This document shows, piece after piece, positions 1 through 10,991 of a stretch of DNA of 64,000 nt (its first letter is position 1; the number at the start of each line of letters is the position of its first letter). The position numbers and the translations under genes are program-made. This stretch comes from Lachnospiraceae bacterium (lineage in GTDB: Bacteria > Bacillota > Clostridia > Lachnospirales > Lachnospiraceae), in contig JAQXIY010000102.1 in NCBI GenBank assembly GCA_029008035.1, forward strand, positions 30,158 to 94,157. The letters are read 5' to 3'. The notes beneath the pieces are model-generated. The model saw nothing but the letters and a program-made list of their open reading frames with translations, was not told where the DNA came from and ran no database searches.

Positions 1-327
1 AAGCCAAGCGCCAGAGGAGAATTGGAGATTACCGATTTGAATCGCATTTATCTGGAGAAGGATGCTCTGAATGTTGAACTTCTGGGACAGGGATTTACAT
101 GGCTTGACACAGGTACACATGAGAGCCTTGTGGACGCAACCAACTTTGTCAAGACTGTGGAGACCCATCAGCACCGCAAGATTGCGTGCCTGGAGGAAAT
201 CGCATATTTGAATGGCTGGATTACCAAAGAGGAAATTACAGACCGTTATGAGATGTTAAAGAAAAACCAATACGGACAATACCTAAAGGATGTATTGGAT
301 GGCAAATATCAGGAAAACTTATACTAA
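1..327 (+). CDS. rmlA: Glucose-1-phosphate thymidylyltransferase, C-terminal part (gene starts before window)
   Basis: Frame is open from base 1 ([12 protein letters not shown]...); [10 protein letters not shown] and IACLEEIAY motifs; first gene of rml cluster. Confidence 0.95.
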   Translation, partial: KPSARGELEITDLNRIYLEKDALNVELLGQGFTWLDTGTHESLVDATNFVKTVETHQHRKIACLEEIAYLNGWITKEEITDRYEMLKKNQYGQYLKDVLDGKYQENLY

Positions 328-345
328 AAGAAAAGGAGATTTACT

Positions 346-1365
346 ATGACTATTATTGTAACTGGCGGAGCAGGGTTTATTGGCTCAAATTTTGTGTTTC
401 ATATGTTAAACAAATACCCGGATTATCGGATTATTTGTGTTGACTGTTTGACCTATGCAGGTAATCTGTCTACATTGAAGCCTGTGATGGATAACCCCAA
501 CTTCAGGTTCGCTAAGATTGATATTACAGATCGTGAGGCAATCTACAAACTCTTCGAGGAGGAGCACCCGGATATGGTTGTCAACTTCGCCGCAGAGAGT
601 CACGTTGACCGTTCCATCGAGAACCCGGAAGTATTCCTGAACACCAACATTATCGGTACGGCTGTACTGATGGATGCTTGTAGAAAATACGGCATTCAGC
701 GTTATCATCAGGTATCTACAGACGAAGTTTACGGCGACCTTCCCCTGGACAGACCGGACTTGTTCTTCACAGAGGAAACACCAATCCATACAAGCAGCCC
801 TTACTCATCATCAAAGGCATCAGCAGACTTGTTGGTAATGGCTTATCACAGAACATACGGCTTGCCGGTATCTATCAGCCGTTGTTCTAACAACTATGGG
901 CCATATCACTTCCCGGAGAAATTGATTCCTCTCTGCATCGCCAATGCATTGGCAGACAAGGAATTGCCGGTATACGGTGACGGTTTAAATGTCCGTGACT
1001 GGTTGTATGTCGAAGATCACTGCAAGGCAATCGACCTTATTATCCACAAGGGCCGTGTTGGTGAAGTATATAACGTTGGCGGACACAACGAGAAGGCTAA
1101 CATTGATATCGTTAAGATTATTTGTAAGGAGCTTGGTAAGCCGGAGAGCTTGATTACACATGTTGGCGACCGTAAGGGACACGATATGCGTTATGCCATC
1201 GACCCAACCAAGATTCACAACGAACTTGGCTGGTTGCCGGAGACTAAGTTTGAAGATGGCATCAAGAAGACAATTCAGTGGTACTTAGACAACAAGGAAT
1301 GGTGGGAAGAAATCATTTCCGGCGAGTATCAGAATTACTATGACAAGATGTATTCAAATCGTTAA
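346..1365 (+). CDS. rmlB: dTDP-glucose 4,6-dehydratase
   Basis: GGAGFIG, AAESHVDRSI, STDEVYG, YSSSK motifs; RBS AAGGAG. Confidence 0.97.
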   Translation: MTIIVTGGAGFIGSNFVFHMLNKYPDYRIICVDCLTYAGNLSTLKPVMDNPNFRFAKIDITDREAIYKLFEEEHPDMVVNFAAESHVDRSIENPEVFLNTNIIGTAVLMDACRKYGIQRYHQVSTDEVYGDLPLDRPDLFFTEETPIHTSSPYSSSKASADLLVMAYHRTYGLPVSISRCSNNYGPYHFPEKLIPLCIANALADKELPVYGDGLNVRDWLYVEDHCKAIDLIIHKGRVGEVYNVGGHNEKANIDIVKIICKELGKPESLITHVGDRKGHDMRYAIDPTKIHNELGWLPETKFEDGIKKTIQWYLDNKEWWEEIISGEYQNYYDKMYSNR

Positions 1366-1373
1366 GGAGAGAT

Positions 1374-2366
1374 ATGAAAGTATTCGTGACAGGCGTGGCG
1401 GGACAACTTGGCCACGATGTGATTAATGAATTAGATAAAAGAGGAGCAGCGTGTGTAGCGTCTGATCTGGCACCACAGTATGCGGGAGTGGCTGACGGAA
1501 CCCCTGTGACAACATGTGAATATGTTTCACTGGACATTACAGATGGGGATGCGGTGGAAAAGGCCATTGCTGATGCATCGCCGGATGTCATCGTTCATTG
1601 TGCAGCCTGGACCGCCGTGGATGCAGCAGAAGATGAGGATAAGAGAGAACTGGTGCGCAGGGTGAATGTACTTGGCACGGAGAATTTTGCCAAAGCAGCC
1701 AAGAAGCATGACTGCAAAATGGTGTATATTTCTACCGACTATGTGTTTGACGGACAGGGTGAGACTCCGTGGGATCCGGATTGCACAGACTATGCGCCCC
1801 TAAATGTTTATGGTGAGACAAAGCTTGCGGGGGAATTAGCGGTATCCGAGACATTGGACAAGTTCTTTATTGTTCGTATAGCGTGGGTGTTTGGCAAGAA
1901 CGGCAAGAATTTTATCAAGACTATGCTAAATGTTGCTAAGACACATGATAAACTCACCGTTGTAAATGATCAGATTGGAACACCTACCTATACACTGGAT
2001 TTATCCGTTCTTCTCTGTGATATGATTGAGACAGAGAAATACGGCTATTACCACGCAACCAATGCGGAGCTGGTGGGAGATGGTTATACTGACGAAGGCT
2101 GCAAGTGCGGTTACATCAGTTGGTATGATTTCACCAAGGAAATCTTTCGCTTGGCGGTAGAAGCCGGTCACAGTGAATATGGACCGGATTGTGTTCAGGT
2201 GTCGCCTGTGACTACTGCGGAGTACGGCGTGTCAAAAGCCGCCAGACCTTTTAACAGCAGACTGGACAAGTCAAAGCTTGAGAAGAATGGTTTCAACCCA
2301 CTTCCAACCTGGCAGGATGCTGTGAGAAGATACATCGCAGAGTTGGATTTTGACAATTTATCATAG
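1374..2366 (+). CDS. rmlD: dTDP-4-dehydrorhamnose reductase
   Basis: GVAGQLG, AAWTAVDAAE, STDYVFDG, YGETK, DQIGTPT motifs. Confidence 0.95.
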   Translation: MKVFVTGVAGQLGHDVINELDKRGAACVASDLAPQYAGVADGTPVTTCEYVSLDITDGDAVEKAIADASPDVIVHCAAWTAVDAAEDEDKRELVRRVNVLGTENFAKAAKKHDCKMVYISTDYVFDGQGETPWDPDCTDYAPLNVYGETKLAGELAVSETLDKFFIVRIAWVFGKNGKNFIKTMLNVAKTHDKLTVVNDQIGTPTYTLDLSVLLCDMIETEKYGYYHATNAELVGDGYTDEGCKCGYISWYDFTKEIFRLAVEAGHSEYGPDCVQVSPVTTAEYGVSKAARPFNSRLDKSKLEKNGFNPLPTWQDAVRRYIAELDFDNLS

Positions 2367-2392
2367 TTTTATCAATTAGAAAGAGGCGTAGT

Positions 2393-3001
2393 ATGGGACA
2401 GATTACAGTTGAAAAGAATGTAGGCGGAATCCAGGGCCTTTGTGTTATTGAACCGGCGGTTCACGGAGATGCAAGAGGATACTTTATGGAAACCTACAGC
2501 AAGAGAGATATGGAAGAGGCCGGACTCACTATGGAGTTTGTACAGGATAATCAGTCATCTTCTACGAAGGGTGTGCTTCGTGGCTTGCACTTTCAGAAAG
2601 AGTTCCCCCAGGGCAAGTTAGTCCGGGTGGTGAAGGGAAGTGTGTTCGATGTGGCTGTAGACCTTCGCGGTGATTCAGACACTTACGGCAAGTGGTACGG
2701 CGTAGAGTTGACGGAGGAGAATAAAAAGCAGTTTTATATTCCCCAGGGCTTTGCACATGGCTTTCTGGTGCTTTCTGACATAGCAGAGTTTTGTTATAAA
2801 TGTACAGACTTCTACCATCCCGGAGATGAAGGCGGTATGGCTTGGAACGATCCTGAGATAGGCATTGAATGGCCGCAAGTGGTTGGAGAGTATAAGGGTA
2901 CTGCTTCCGGTGAGGGATATACCTTGTGGGATGGCACACCATTAAACCTCAGTGAGAAAGACCAGAAATGGGTTGGCTTGAAGGACACATTCAAGTTTTA
3001 A
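2393..3001 (+). CDS. rmlC: dTDP-4-dehydrorhamnose 3,5-epimerase
   Basis: DARGYFME, QDNQS, GVLRGLHFQ, GFAHGF motifs. Confidence 0.96.
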   Translation: MGQITVEKNVGGIQGLCVIEPAVHGDARGYFMETYSKRDMEEAGLTMEFVQDNQSSSTKGVLRGLHFQKEFPQGKLVRVVKGSVFDVAVDLRGDSDTYGKWYGVELTEENKKQFYIPQGFAHGFLVLSDIAEFCYKCTDFYHPGDEGGMAWNDPEIGIEWPQVVGEYKGTASGEGYTLWDGTPLNLSEKDQKWVGLKDTFKF

Positions 3002-3013
3002 GGTGAACACAGT

Positions 3014-3826
3014 ATGAACAAACAAGAAAAGTATACAGCAGCGGATCATACCTTTGCGGTGTGCGCATATAAGGAAAGTCCCTATTTGGAGGAATGTATC
3101 AGGTCCCTGCTGGCACAGAGAGTAAAATCAAATATCATTGTGACCACATCTACAGACAATGCTTTTATTCGAGGTATGGCTGAGAAATATCAACTTCCAT
3201 ATTTCGTAAACAAAGGTCCCGGGGGGATTGCCAACGACTGGAACTTTGCCTATGGAAGCAGTGATACGAAATTGGTTACATTGGCCCATCAGGATGATCG
3301 ATATGAACCGGAATATGTGGCTGACATGTTGGAACATATAAACAGTTCAAAAGATCCATTGATCTATTTTACCGGATATAATGAGCTGAGAAATGGTGAA
3401 GTGGTTCCCAACGGAACGATGGTACGAATCAAGCGAATCATGCTTACCCCATTAAAACCAAGAGTTTTTCAAGGGATGAGGTTTTTTAAAAGACTATCGC
3501 TTTCCTTTGGCAATCCGGTGGCCTGTTGGTCTGTATGCTATATCAAGGACAAGTTGCCATCTCCGGTATTTGTGTCGGAATTCAGAAGTAATTTGGACTG
3601 GGAAGAATGGGAGAAACTATCTCGGGAAAAGGGTGCGTTTGTGTATTCCGCCAAGAGGCTGACACTTCATCGCGTCCATGAGGGGTCCGAGACTTCCAAT
3701 ACAATCAATAATGGAAATATAAGGGGAAAAGAAGATTACCAGATGTTTTTACACTTCTGGCCCAAGTGGATGGCAAAGTTTCTTATGAAATTTTACATTA
3801 AAGCAGAAAAATATAATGAATCATAG
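3014..3826 (+). CDS. Glycosyltransferase family 2
   Basis: GT-A N-terminus (CAYKESPYLEECI), HQDD motif; polysaccharide locus context. Confidence 0.85.
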   Translation: MNKQEKYTAADHTFAVCAYKESPYLEECIRSLLAQRVKSNIIVTTSTDNAFIRGMAEKYQLPYFVNKGPGGIANDWNFAYGSSDTKLVTLAHQDDRYEPEYVADMLEHINSSKDPLIYFTGYNELRNGEVVPNGTMVRIKRIMLTPLKPRVFQGMRFFKRLSLSFGNPVACWSVCYIKDKLPSPVFVSEFRSNLDWEEWEKLSREKGAFVYSAKRLTLHRVHEGSETSNTINNGNIRGKEDYQMFLHFWPKWMAKFLMKFYIKAEKYNES

Positions 3827-3837
3827 AGGAGAAGATT

Positions 3838-4992
3838 ATGAGTGAACAATTTGAATTAACAATCCTGATGCCTTGCTTAAATGAGGCAGAGACATTAGAG
3901 ACTTGTATCAACAAAGCAAAGACCTTTTTAGAGGAAAGTGGGGTTAACGGCGAGATTGTCATCGCAGACAATGGTAGCACAGACGGTTCCAGAGAGATTG
4001 CCACCAGATGTGGTGCGAGAGTAGTTCCTGTGGAGGAGCGAGGATACGGCGCTGCGCTGATTGGAGGCTGCAACGGAGCACTGGGTAAATATGTCATTAT
4101 GGGAGATGCCGATGACAGCTATGATTTCTTACACCTGATGCCATTTGTGGAAAAGCTGAGAGAGGGCTATGACCTGGTTATGGGTAACCGTTTTAAGGGT
4201 GGAATTGAGCCGGGAGCAATGCCTCCATTGCACAAGTATCTGGGGAATCCGGTGCTCTCCTTTATAGCAAGACTGTTTTATCCATCCGAGATCGGAGATT
4301 ATCACTGCGGACTTCGTGGATATAACAGAGAGGCAATTTTAGGACTGAACCTTGTGACAACCGGTATGGAATATGCCAGTGAGATGGTTGTAAAGGCAAC
4401 CTTAAATCACTTGAAGATTGCAGAAGTGCCAACCACATTGAAGAAAGATGGCCGTTCTCATGCGCCACATCTTCGCAGTTGGTCAGACGGATGGAGACAT
4501 TTGAAGTTCCTGTTGATGCACAGCCCAAACTGGTTGTTTATGTATCCGGGCTTGTTCCTTTTGGCAATCGGTTTGATTTTGACTATTGTCATCGGTGTGG
4601 GTGATTTGACTATCGGTAATGTGGGACTTGGCGTTCATACAATGATGTATGCGGCAGCGGCAATGATGGTAGGTGTGAACCTTGTTATGTTCTCACTCTT
4701 TACGAGAACCTATGCGAGAATCACCGGATTTATTCCGGCAGAGAAGAAAATCGACGCCTGGTTGGACAAGACCTCTACAGAGAAGGGTGTCGTTATTGGT
4801 TTGCTTTTGTTCCTCGCAGGGCTTATAACAACAATTGTTGCATTTGTTATCTGGGGTCATACCGGATTTGGAGCTCTGTCTCCTGAGAGAATGATGAGAA
4901 TAACCATACCGGCAATGTTACTGATTGTCATTGGTATTGAGATTATTTTTGGAAGCTTCTTTATGGGGATTTTGCACATCAAACATAAGTAA
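3838..4992 (+). CDS. GT2 polyprenyl-phosphate glycosyltransferase (DPM1-like) with C-terminal TM helices
   Basis: MPCLNE, DNGSTDGS, GDADDSYD motifs, four C-terminal hydrophobic segments. Confidence 0.85.
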   Translation: MSEQFELTILMPCLNEAETLETCINKAKTFLEESGVNGEIVIADNGSTDGSREIATRCGARVVPVEERGYGAALIGGCNGALGKYVIMGDADDSYDFLHLMPFVEKLREGYDLVMGNRFKGGIEPGAMPPLHKYLGNPVLSFIARLFYPSEIGDYHCGLRGYNREAILGLNLVTTGMEYASEMVVKATLNHLKIAEVPTTLKKDGRSHAPHLRSWSDGWRHLKFLLMHSPNWLFMYPGLFLLAIGLILTIVIGVGDLTIGNVGLGVHTMMYAAAAMMVGVNLVMFSLFTRTYARITGFIPAEKKIDAWLDKTSTEKGVVIGLLLFLAGLITTIVAFVIWGHTGFGALSPERMMRITIPAMLLIVIGIEIIFGSFFMGILHIKHK

Positions 4993-5010
4993 CAGGCTAA
5001 AGGGTATTAT

Positions 5011-5907
5011 ATGATAGAGAGTAAAGGAACTGTTCAAATTCTTATGTCCACATATAACGGTGAACATTACATTGAAGAACAGATAGACAGTCTGCTGGGG
5101 CAAACATATCCTGAGATAGAAATTATAATCAGGGATGATGGCTCCGGCGACAATACTCGCCAGATTCTTAGAAGATATGCGAGTGAACATAATAATATTA
5201 GAGTTATAGAGGGCGACAATCTCGGCGTTACAGAAAGCTTTTTTGAATTATTAAGAGCAAGTGATGCCGATTTTGTGGCGTTTTGTGATCAAGATGATAT
5301 TTGGCTTGAGAACAAGATAGAAGCTGCAGTTGACAAAATTGGAAATGGTTCAAAACCGGTTATGTATTGCAGTAATACCATATTGGTAGATGCGGAGGGC
5401 AAGTTGATTGCTCCCAATGACTTTAGCTACAAAGAGCCAAGCTTTGAGAATGCGGTGGTGGAGAATATCTGTACGGGATGCACAATTGTTATGAACCGCC
5501 CGTTGGCGGACAACATCAGGACACATCTTCCCAAACAGGCAATTATGCATGACCGCTGGTTTTACTTGGTGGCAACGTACGTTGGCGAAGTCATTTACGA
5601 TAGAGAATCCTACATTCATTATCGGCAACATGGCAACAACGAAGTGGGGGCCAGCAAGAATCCCTTTAAGGTAATGAAGGGGCAGATGAAGCACCTGAAA
5701 AAGAATAAATCGGCAATACGCAGACAACTGACAGAATTTGCTTCCCTCTATCACTCAGATGAGACTAAGGATGAAATCGTAAAACAGATTACAGAAACTC
5801 CCGGATTCCATCAACGGGTTGCGGCGTTGTTCCACTGCAGATTTAAAAGGCAGAGGGGATTGGATCAAATCATTACGGAGTTACTGTTTTTGTTTCATAG
5901 ATTATAG
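5011..5907 (+). CDS. GT2 glycosyltransferase (RgpB-like, probable rhamnosyltransferase)
   Basis: STYNGE, RDDGS, FCDQDDIW, GCT, MHD, YRQH motifs. Confidence 0.85.
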   Translation: MIESKGTVQILMSTYNGEHYIEEQIDSLLGQTYPEIEIIIRDDGSGDNTRQILRRYASEHNNIRVIEGDNLGVTESFFELLRASDADFVAFCDQDDIWLENKIEAAVDKIGNGSKPVMYCSNTILVDAEGKLIAPNDFSYKEPSFENAVVENICTGCTIVMNRPLADNIRTHLPKQAIMHDRWFYLVATYVGEVIYDRESYIHYRQHGNNEVGASKNPFKVMKGQMKHLKKNKSAIRRQLTEFASLYHSDETKDEIVKQITETPGFHQRVAALFHCRFKRQRGLDQIITELLFLFHRL

Positions 5908-5919
5908 GAAACCGTTTAC

Positions 5920-7887
5920 ATGAAGGATAAGATATTTCTTGGATTAAAAATTATAGCAACCCTTGTTGCGGTAGTAGCCATCGTCTATACCACGGCAGGC
6001 TGTCTGAAGGTTGTAGCCAACACCTCCGATCAGTATTACTGCTTTGACGAATCAAATGCGCAATTGGTGGAGGCGGGCAAGACGCCTTTGCAGTGCCGAT
6101 TCACTGCTGTGGGACGGGAGATGACAGCCATTGATGTGCCCATTGCCACAGATGGTGTCTCTGAAGGCACGATGGCTTACAGAATCAAAAGCACGGAAGA
6201 TGAGTTGCTGGTGGAAGAAAAGGACTTGAATCTAGCCACCATTACCGGGGATAATACCAATTTATATCGTATTGATGTATCGGAACTTGGAATGGTACAA
6301 GGGCAGGACTATATCCTGGAGGTGGATTGCCGGGAGGCAAATCATCTTTCTTTTCTAATGCTAAATGGACAACTGGTGATTCGCCAGTGGTTTCAATTTG
6401 TCCATAAGACATTGTTTTCTGTTGCAATTATGGCCCTGGCTGTGTTTGCGTTTTTTATGGTGATACTCCTGTGGAAATGCGGCCTCCATCCCAAGCTGTT
6501 TTTATTAATGGCATTGGTGTTTGGCCTTGTGGCGGCCATCGTAGTGCCGGCAGGCAGCAAGGATGATGAGTACCGTCATTTTATCAGAGCATATACCTTG
6601 GCACGAGGGGAAAAGACCATTGCTCTGGCACACGTTACGGGGAATGAACACGGCACCATTGCAGGCGTTGCGGACAGACAGGACTACATTGTGGAAGTCC
6701 CGGAGGAAATCAATCAGATTCGCCTGTTGGATTTTTCAGACAACGCAGATGGCGGGGGATATCAGGCTGCGAATAATCAGAGAGTGTGTATAGACAAGAT
6801 CATATCCGTCATGAAACACAGCAAAATATATGACACGGATTATGAGAACAATGTGGTTAAGGTATCGGCTGCAGTAACGGCCACGAAGCCTTCTGTTTTA
6901 TATTGGCCTCAGATAGCCATGATTTGGCTTGCCCAATTGCTTCATATCAACCCGATTTTATATCTGTACCTTGCAAGATTTGGGCAACTGCTTGCCTGTG
7001 TGATGTGCCTGTATATCGGCCTTCGCCTGCTACCCAAACGGTATGATTTTATATGGATTTTGTTTGGAATTGTAAATGTTGTGTCCCTGATGGCATCGTG
7101 CAACACCGATGGACTGATGATTGCTCTGCTGATATTGGCATTGAGTATTTTGCTGTGGTTTCGGGAAACAGGATTGGACATTATAAGCAAAAAAGCGATT
7201 CCCGCAGATGTGGCATACTTGTTTATTACATACTTTGTATACAAAAACAAACTTCCCGATGTACTGCTTTGTGTGGCTATGCTTTTACTGCTTAAAAAGC
7301 AAAATGTTGCACGCCTGGGAGGCTTTTTCAAAAAACACGCAAAAGTGCTGGCGGTGTTGGCACTTGTGGCAGTGGTCGGTCTTGTTATTTGGCTGATTTG
7401 CGGAGGATACAGGACTGTGCTTGGAATTCTCTATGGATTCGTGCCGGAGGGGCATGTTGTATTCATCAGAGATAATACAAAGTACACCATAAAGCTGTTT
7501 TGTACGGAATGGATAAACCAAGTGAAGACATTAGTGCTGGCAGCTAACGGAAGTGGCAGGATACCATATGCACTTACGGCAATTCTCACGTTAATCTTGT
7601 GTGAGAAGAAAGAACCTATTGTATTGCGGATATATTGTATTGTATTATTTGCAGCCATGATGATGTTGATGATTCTGGTTGGCTTTACCATGACGCCGCC
7701 GGATTACGGAAATATTTGGGGAATCACTTATCGATATATGTTACCGTTTTTGCCACTGTGTGCTGTGGCGTTTGCGTCAGGAAATAAAACCACCCAGGAA
7801 GCCGTCCGACTGGTATATCCATATCATATGATTGCAGTTATGGCAATGACGCTAATGGGATGGTTCCTATGGCTGAATAGAATCTGA
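5920..7887 (+). CDS. Polytopic membrane protein, DUF2142/GT-C-like
   Basis: DDEYRHFIRAY motif after TM helices, many TM segments, GITYRY C-terminal motif. Confidence 0.65.
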   Translation: MKDKIFLGLKIIATLVAVVAIVYTTAGCLKVVANTSDQYYCFDESNAQLVEAGKTPLQCRFTAVGREMTAIDVPIATDGVSEGTMAYRIKSTEDELLVEEKDLNLATITGDNTNLYRIDVSELGMVQGQDYILEVDCREANHLSFLMLNGQLVIRQWFQFVHKTLFSVAIMALAVFAFFMVILLWKCGLHPKLFLLMALVFGLVAAIVVPAGSKDDEYRHFIRAYTLARGEKTIALAHVTGNEHGTIAGVADRQDYIVEVPEEINQIRLLDFSDNADGGGYQAANNQRVCIDKIISVMKHSKIYDTDYENNVVKVSAAVTATKPSVLYWPQIAMIWLAQLLHINPILYLYLARFGQLLACVMCLYIGLRLLPKRYDFIWILFGIVNVVSLMASCNTDGLMIALLILALSILLWFRETGLDIISKKAIPADVAYLFITYFVYKNKLPDVLLCVAMLLLLKKQNVARLGGFFKKHAKVLAVLALVAVVGLVIWLICGGYRTVLGILYGFVPEGHVVFIRDNTKYTIKLFCTEWINQVKTLVLAANGSGRIPYALTAILTLILCEKKEPIVLRIYCIVLFAAMMMLMILVGFTMTPPDYGNIWGITYRYMLPFLPLCAVAFASGNKTTQEAVRLVYPYHMIAVMAMTLMGWFLWLNRI

Positions 7888-7901
7888 CAATGGAGTGTAT
7901 T

Positions 7902-8852
7902 ATGAAATTTACTATTTTGGTTATCACCTATAATGCGAAATGGGAAAAGTTAAAGCTTACCCTTGCATCTATACTGAAACAATCTGTGAAGGATTACGAG
8001 ATTGTGATTGCGGATGACGGTTCCAACGTATTCCCTGAGAGCGAGATTAAATCATATCTGCAGGAACAAAACTTTACGAATTACAAATTGGTAATAAACA
8101 AGCAGAATCAGGGTACGGTCAAGAATTTGATCAGTGGTCTGGAAGTTTCGGAAGGGGAATACGTCAAATTTATCAGTGCCGGGGATTTGCTTTTCCACGA
8201 AGACACCTTACAGTTGATTTATGATTTTATGAAGAACAACCAATGCGAGTGCTGTTTCGGCCTGATTCAAGGGTATCGTTTTGTGGAGGGCAAGCTGGAA
8301 AAACTGGGATTTTATCATCCGTTTGATATGGATGCATATCGCCGTGATGACAAAGACAAGATTACAAAGAACCTGGTGCTATATAGTGACAATGCCTGCG
8401 GAGCGGCCATTACCTATGAGAATACCTTTGCAAAAGAATATATGAACCGGATACAGAATCAGGTCAAGTACGAAGAAGATATCTTCCAGGTACTGGCGGC
8501 GGTGGAGAACCGACATATGAGATTGCTGGATGAATATGTAATCTGGTATGAGATTGGAGAGGGTGTAACCACCCAAAAGAAGTCGGGGTTTGAAGCTTTG
8601 ATTCGTGAAGATGTGGATAGATTCTATCGCAGCTTATATGAGCAATATAGTGATAACAGATATGTGAAGAAACGCTATCAACTCCTGAAATTATATAAGA
8701 TAACCAATATGTACATCAGAACATTTTTCAGATTCTTTGTTAATCCTGATGCACTTTTGTATTTTATTGACACCGCCAAACAAAAAAAGAGAGGCGTTCA
8801 CAGCAAGGAAACTCAGTTGGTTGGTTTTTTGGATAGAGGAGATTTTCAATGA
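7902..8852 (+). CDS. Glycosyltransferase family 2
   Basis: ITYN, IADDGS, NQGTVKN motifs; start placed at ATG 7902 after GGAG. Confidence 0.8.
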   Translation: MKFTILVITYNAKWEKLKLTLASILKQSVKDYEIVIADDGSNVFPESEIKSYLQEQNFTNYKLVINKQNQGTVKNLISGLEVSEGEYVKFISAGDLLFHEDTLQLIYDFMKNNQCECCFGLIQGYRFVEGKLEKLGFYHPFDMDAYRRDDKDKITKNLVLYSDNACGAAITYENTFAKEYMNRIQNQVKYEEDIFQVLAAVENRHMRLLDEYVIWYEIGEGVTTQKKSGFEALIREDVDRFYRSLYEQYSDNRYVKKRYQLLKLYKITNMYIRTFFRFFVNPDALLYFIDTAKQKKRGVHSKETQLVGFLDRGDFQ

Positions 8853-9979
8853 ATATATTAATGATTGTTTCATGGTATACACCTATGGGTCGAGAGAAGC
8901 TGGAAGCCGGTGTGTTCCATTACGAGCAGTCTATGGATTTAAAGGCAAAGGGCTGCAATATGGCAATCTATTATCCCTTTGACGAGAATATTTCAGAAGA
9001 TGAGACTTGCGGGGAAGAGTGGGGGCTTTTGACCTATCGAAGCCACTATGAACAACGAAAAGTCCTGAAGAACCAGCGTCAGATGAAAAAGACAATGGCC
9101 CGTATCATGAAAGAATTCAAACCGGACATGATACATGCACATTGCGGTGGCGCAGCGGGATTTTATTCCGTGCCTCTCTCAAAGAAATTTGGGATTCCCA
9201 TGATTGTGACAGAGCACTCTCCCGTTGAATTGACAGGAGTGGATCACTTTGGTGTTTCCTATCTGTTCTCAAAAATTGCATACAAGAATAGTGTGACAAA
9301 TGTGTGCGTGTCCAGAGACTCCAGGGACAAACTATCCGCCATTTATCCAAAGTATCCTTTCCAGGTCATTTATAACGGAATCATTTTGCCGAAGTATAAG
9401 CAGACACATAAATATTACCGTCAGGGATATATTAATATAGCCATCGTTGCAATTTTATACGATTTGGAAATTAAGGGGATGCAGCATCTGATTCCTGCTA
9501 TGCAAATTCTGAAGGAACAAGGAATTAAGGTGGTATTGCATCACATTGGTGCAGGGGAATATTTGGAGCATTATCAGAAAATGGCAGAAGAATTAGGGGT
9601 TTCGGATGTTGTGGAGTTCCACGGAGCCTGCCAGCGCCATGAACTGTATGAGATTGTGAACGAAATGGATTTCTGCGTGTCTGCCAGTATGTTTGAGTGC
9701 AGTGGTGTCTCTGTGCAGGAAGCAATGCTTTTGGGCAAGCCGGTTCTGGGAACCAATTCCGGCGGCGTGGATTCTCTGGTGCCCAAGGAAGCAGGACACA
9801 TTGTGCAAAAGGGAAGTAAGACGGCATTGGCAGAGGGCATTGTCTATATGATGGAGCATTTGCAGGAATTTGACAGAGAATGGATAAAGAATTACGCTTA
9901 TGATGCATTTGAGATAGGCAATATTTCTGAAAAGTATATAAGGCTTTATAAAAAGGTTTGCGGAGTGACAAATGAGTAG
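8849..9979 (+). CDS. Glycosyltransferase family 4 (GT-B)
   Basis: IHAH, TEHS, IYNGI and ECSGVSVQEAMLLGKPV (EX7E) motifs. Confidence 0.88.
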   Translation: MNILMIVSWYTPMGREKLEAGVFHYEQSMDLKAKGCNMAIYYPFDENISEDETCGEEWGLLTYRSHYEQRKVLKNQRQMKKTMARIMKEFKPDMIHAHCGGAAGFYSVPLSKKFGIPMIVTEHSPVELTGVDHFGVSYLFSKIAYKNSVTNVCVSRDSRDKLSAIYPKYPFQVIYNGIILPKYKQTHKYYRQGYINIAIVAILYDLEIKGMQHLIPAMQILKEQGIKVVLHHIGAGEYLEHYQKMAEELGVSDVVEFHGACQRHELYEIVNEMDFCVSASMFECSGVSVQEAMLLGKPVLGTNSGGVDSLVPKEAGHIVQKGSKTALAEGIVYMMEHLQEFDREWIKNYAYDAFEIGNISEKYIRLYKKVCGVTNE

Positions 9980-10991
9980 GGTAAGCATCATTGTACCCAT
10001 CTACAAGGTGGAAGAATACATTGACAAGTGTGTGAACAGCATAATAAACCAATCGTATCAGGACATACAGATCCTGTTGGTGGACGACGGCTCGCCGGAT
10101 CACTGTCCGGAGATTTGCGACCAATACGCCAAGGAAGATGACAGAATATCTGTTGTGCACAAGGAAAATGGTGGATTGGTTAGCGCCAGAAAAGCAGGCC
10201 TGGAACAGGCGACGGGCACATATGTTATGTATGTGGACGGAGACGACTGGTTGGAAGCAGACTACGTTGAGAGAGTCATGGAGAAGGCATTGACCAATGA
10301 TGCGGACATTGTAGTGACAGGATATGCACAGGGAGATGAGCAAACTTTACAACCCATGGGAAATGTGTTGTCTTCAGGCCTCTATGCAGAGGATGCGAAG
10401 CGTAAGTTGGAACAGTCACTCCTGTACACAGGAAATTTCTATGAAGCCGGTTTGATTCCCGCAGCATGGAACAAGCTGTACAAGAGAGAGGTTTTGTTTG
10501 ATTGGCAAATGGCTGTGCCAAACGAAATCAAGATGGGGGAGGATGCGGCATTTACCTATCTGGCATTACTTGCATCCCGGAGAGTTTATGTAGATAATGA
10601 AAATTGCGGGTATTGCTACCGATATGTTGTCAACTCTATGTCCAGAAGTTACGATAGCAATTACTTTGACAGGCTGAATATTCTATACGAATATTTAGAC
10701 AACCGGATAAGAAAATCAAATGAAGCAGTTTGGACACAGCTACAGTATTACTGGTGTTTCATGATATTGCTTGGCATGGAGCAGGAACTTCCGCAATGGA
10801 GGAACAAAGGCTTGCCAGGTGTGATACAATCATTAAAGACACATATGGGGGAGGCCGTGGCTCTTAAACATCTGGAATTGGATGCGCTAAAGAATATGCC
10901 GGGCATCACTCAGAAACTTATGAGAGCAATACAGAATAAGAGTGTTTATAAATTTTTGATACTAGAGGTTGGTAAGAGGATATTCAAATGA
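9972..10991 (+). CDS. Glycosyltransferase family 2
   Basis: IVPIYKVE, VDDGSPD, NGGLVSAR, YVDGDD, WNKLY, GED motifs. Confidence 0.9.
   Translation: MSRVSIIVPIYKVEEYIDKCVNSIINQSYQDIQILLVDDGSPDHCPEICDQYAKEDDRISVVHKENGGLVSARKAGLEQATGTYVMYVDGDDWLEADYVERVMEKALTNDADIVVTGYAQGDEQTLQPMGNVLSSGLYAEDAKRKLEQSLLYTGNFYEAGLIPAAWNKLYKREVLFDWQMAVPNEIKMGEDAAFTYLALLASRRVYVDNENCGYCYRYVVNSMSRSYDSNYFDRLNILYEYLDNRIRKSNEAVWTQLQYYWCFMILLGMEQELPQWRNKGLPGVIQSLKTHMGEAVALKHLELDALKNMPGITQKLMRAIQNKSVYKFLILEVGKRIFK

Noticed and set aside
9525-10343. Long antisense ORFs (for example 9525-10343, 11219-11854, 43293-44000, 46094-46873, 59476-60195, 60919-61527)
   Set aside because: Shadows of well-supported plus-strand genes, with no recognisable motifs or RBS
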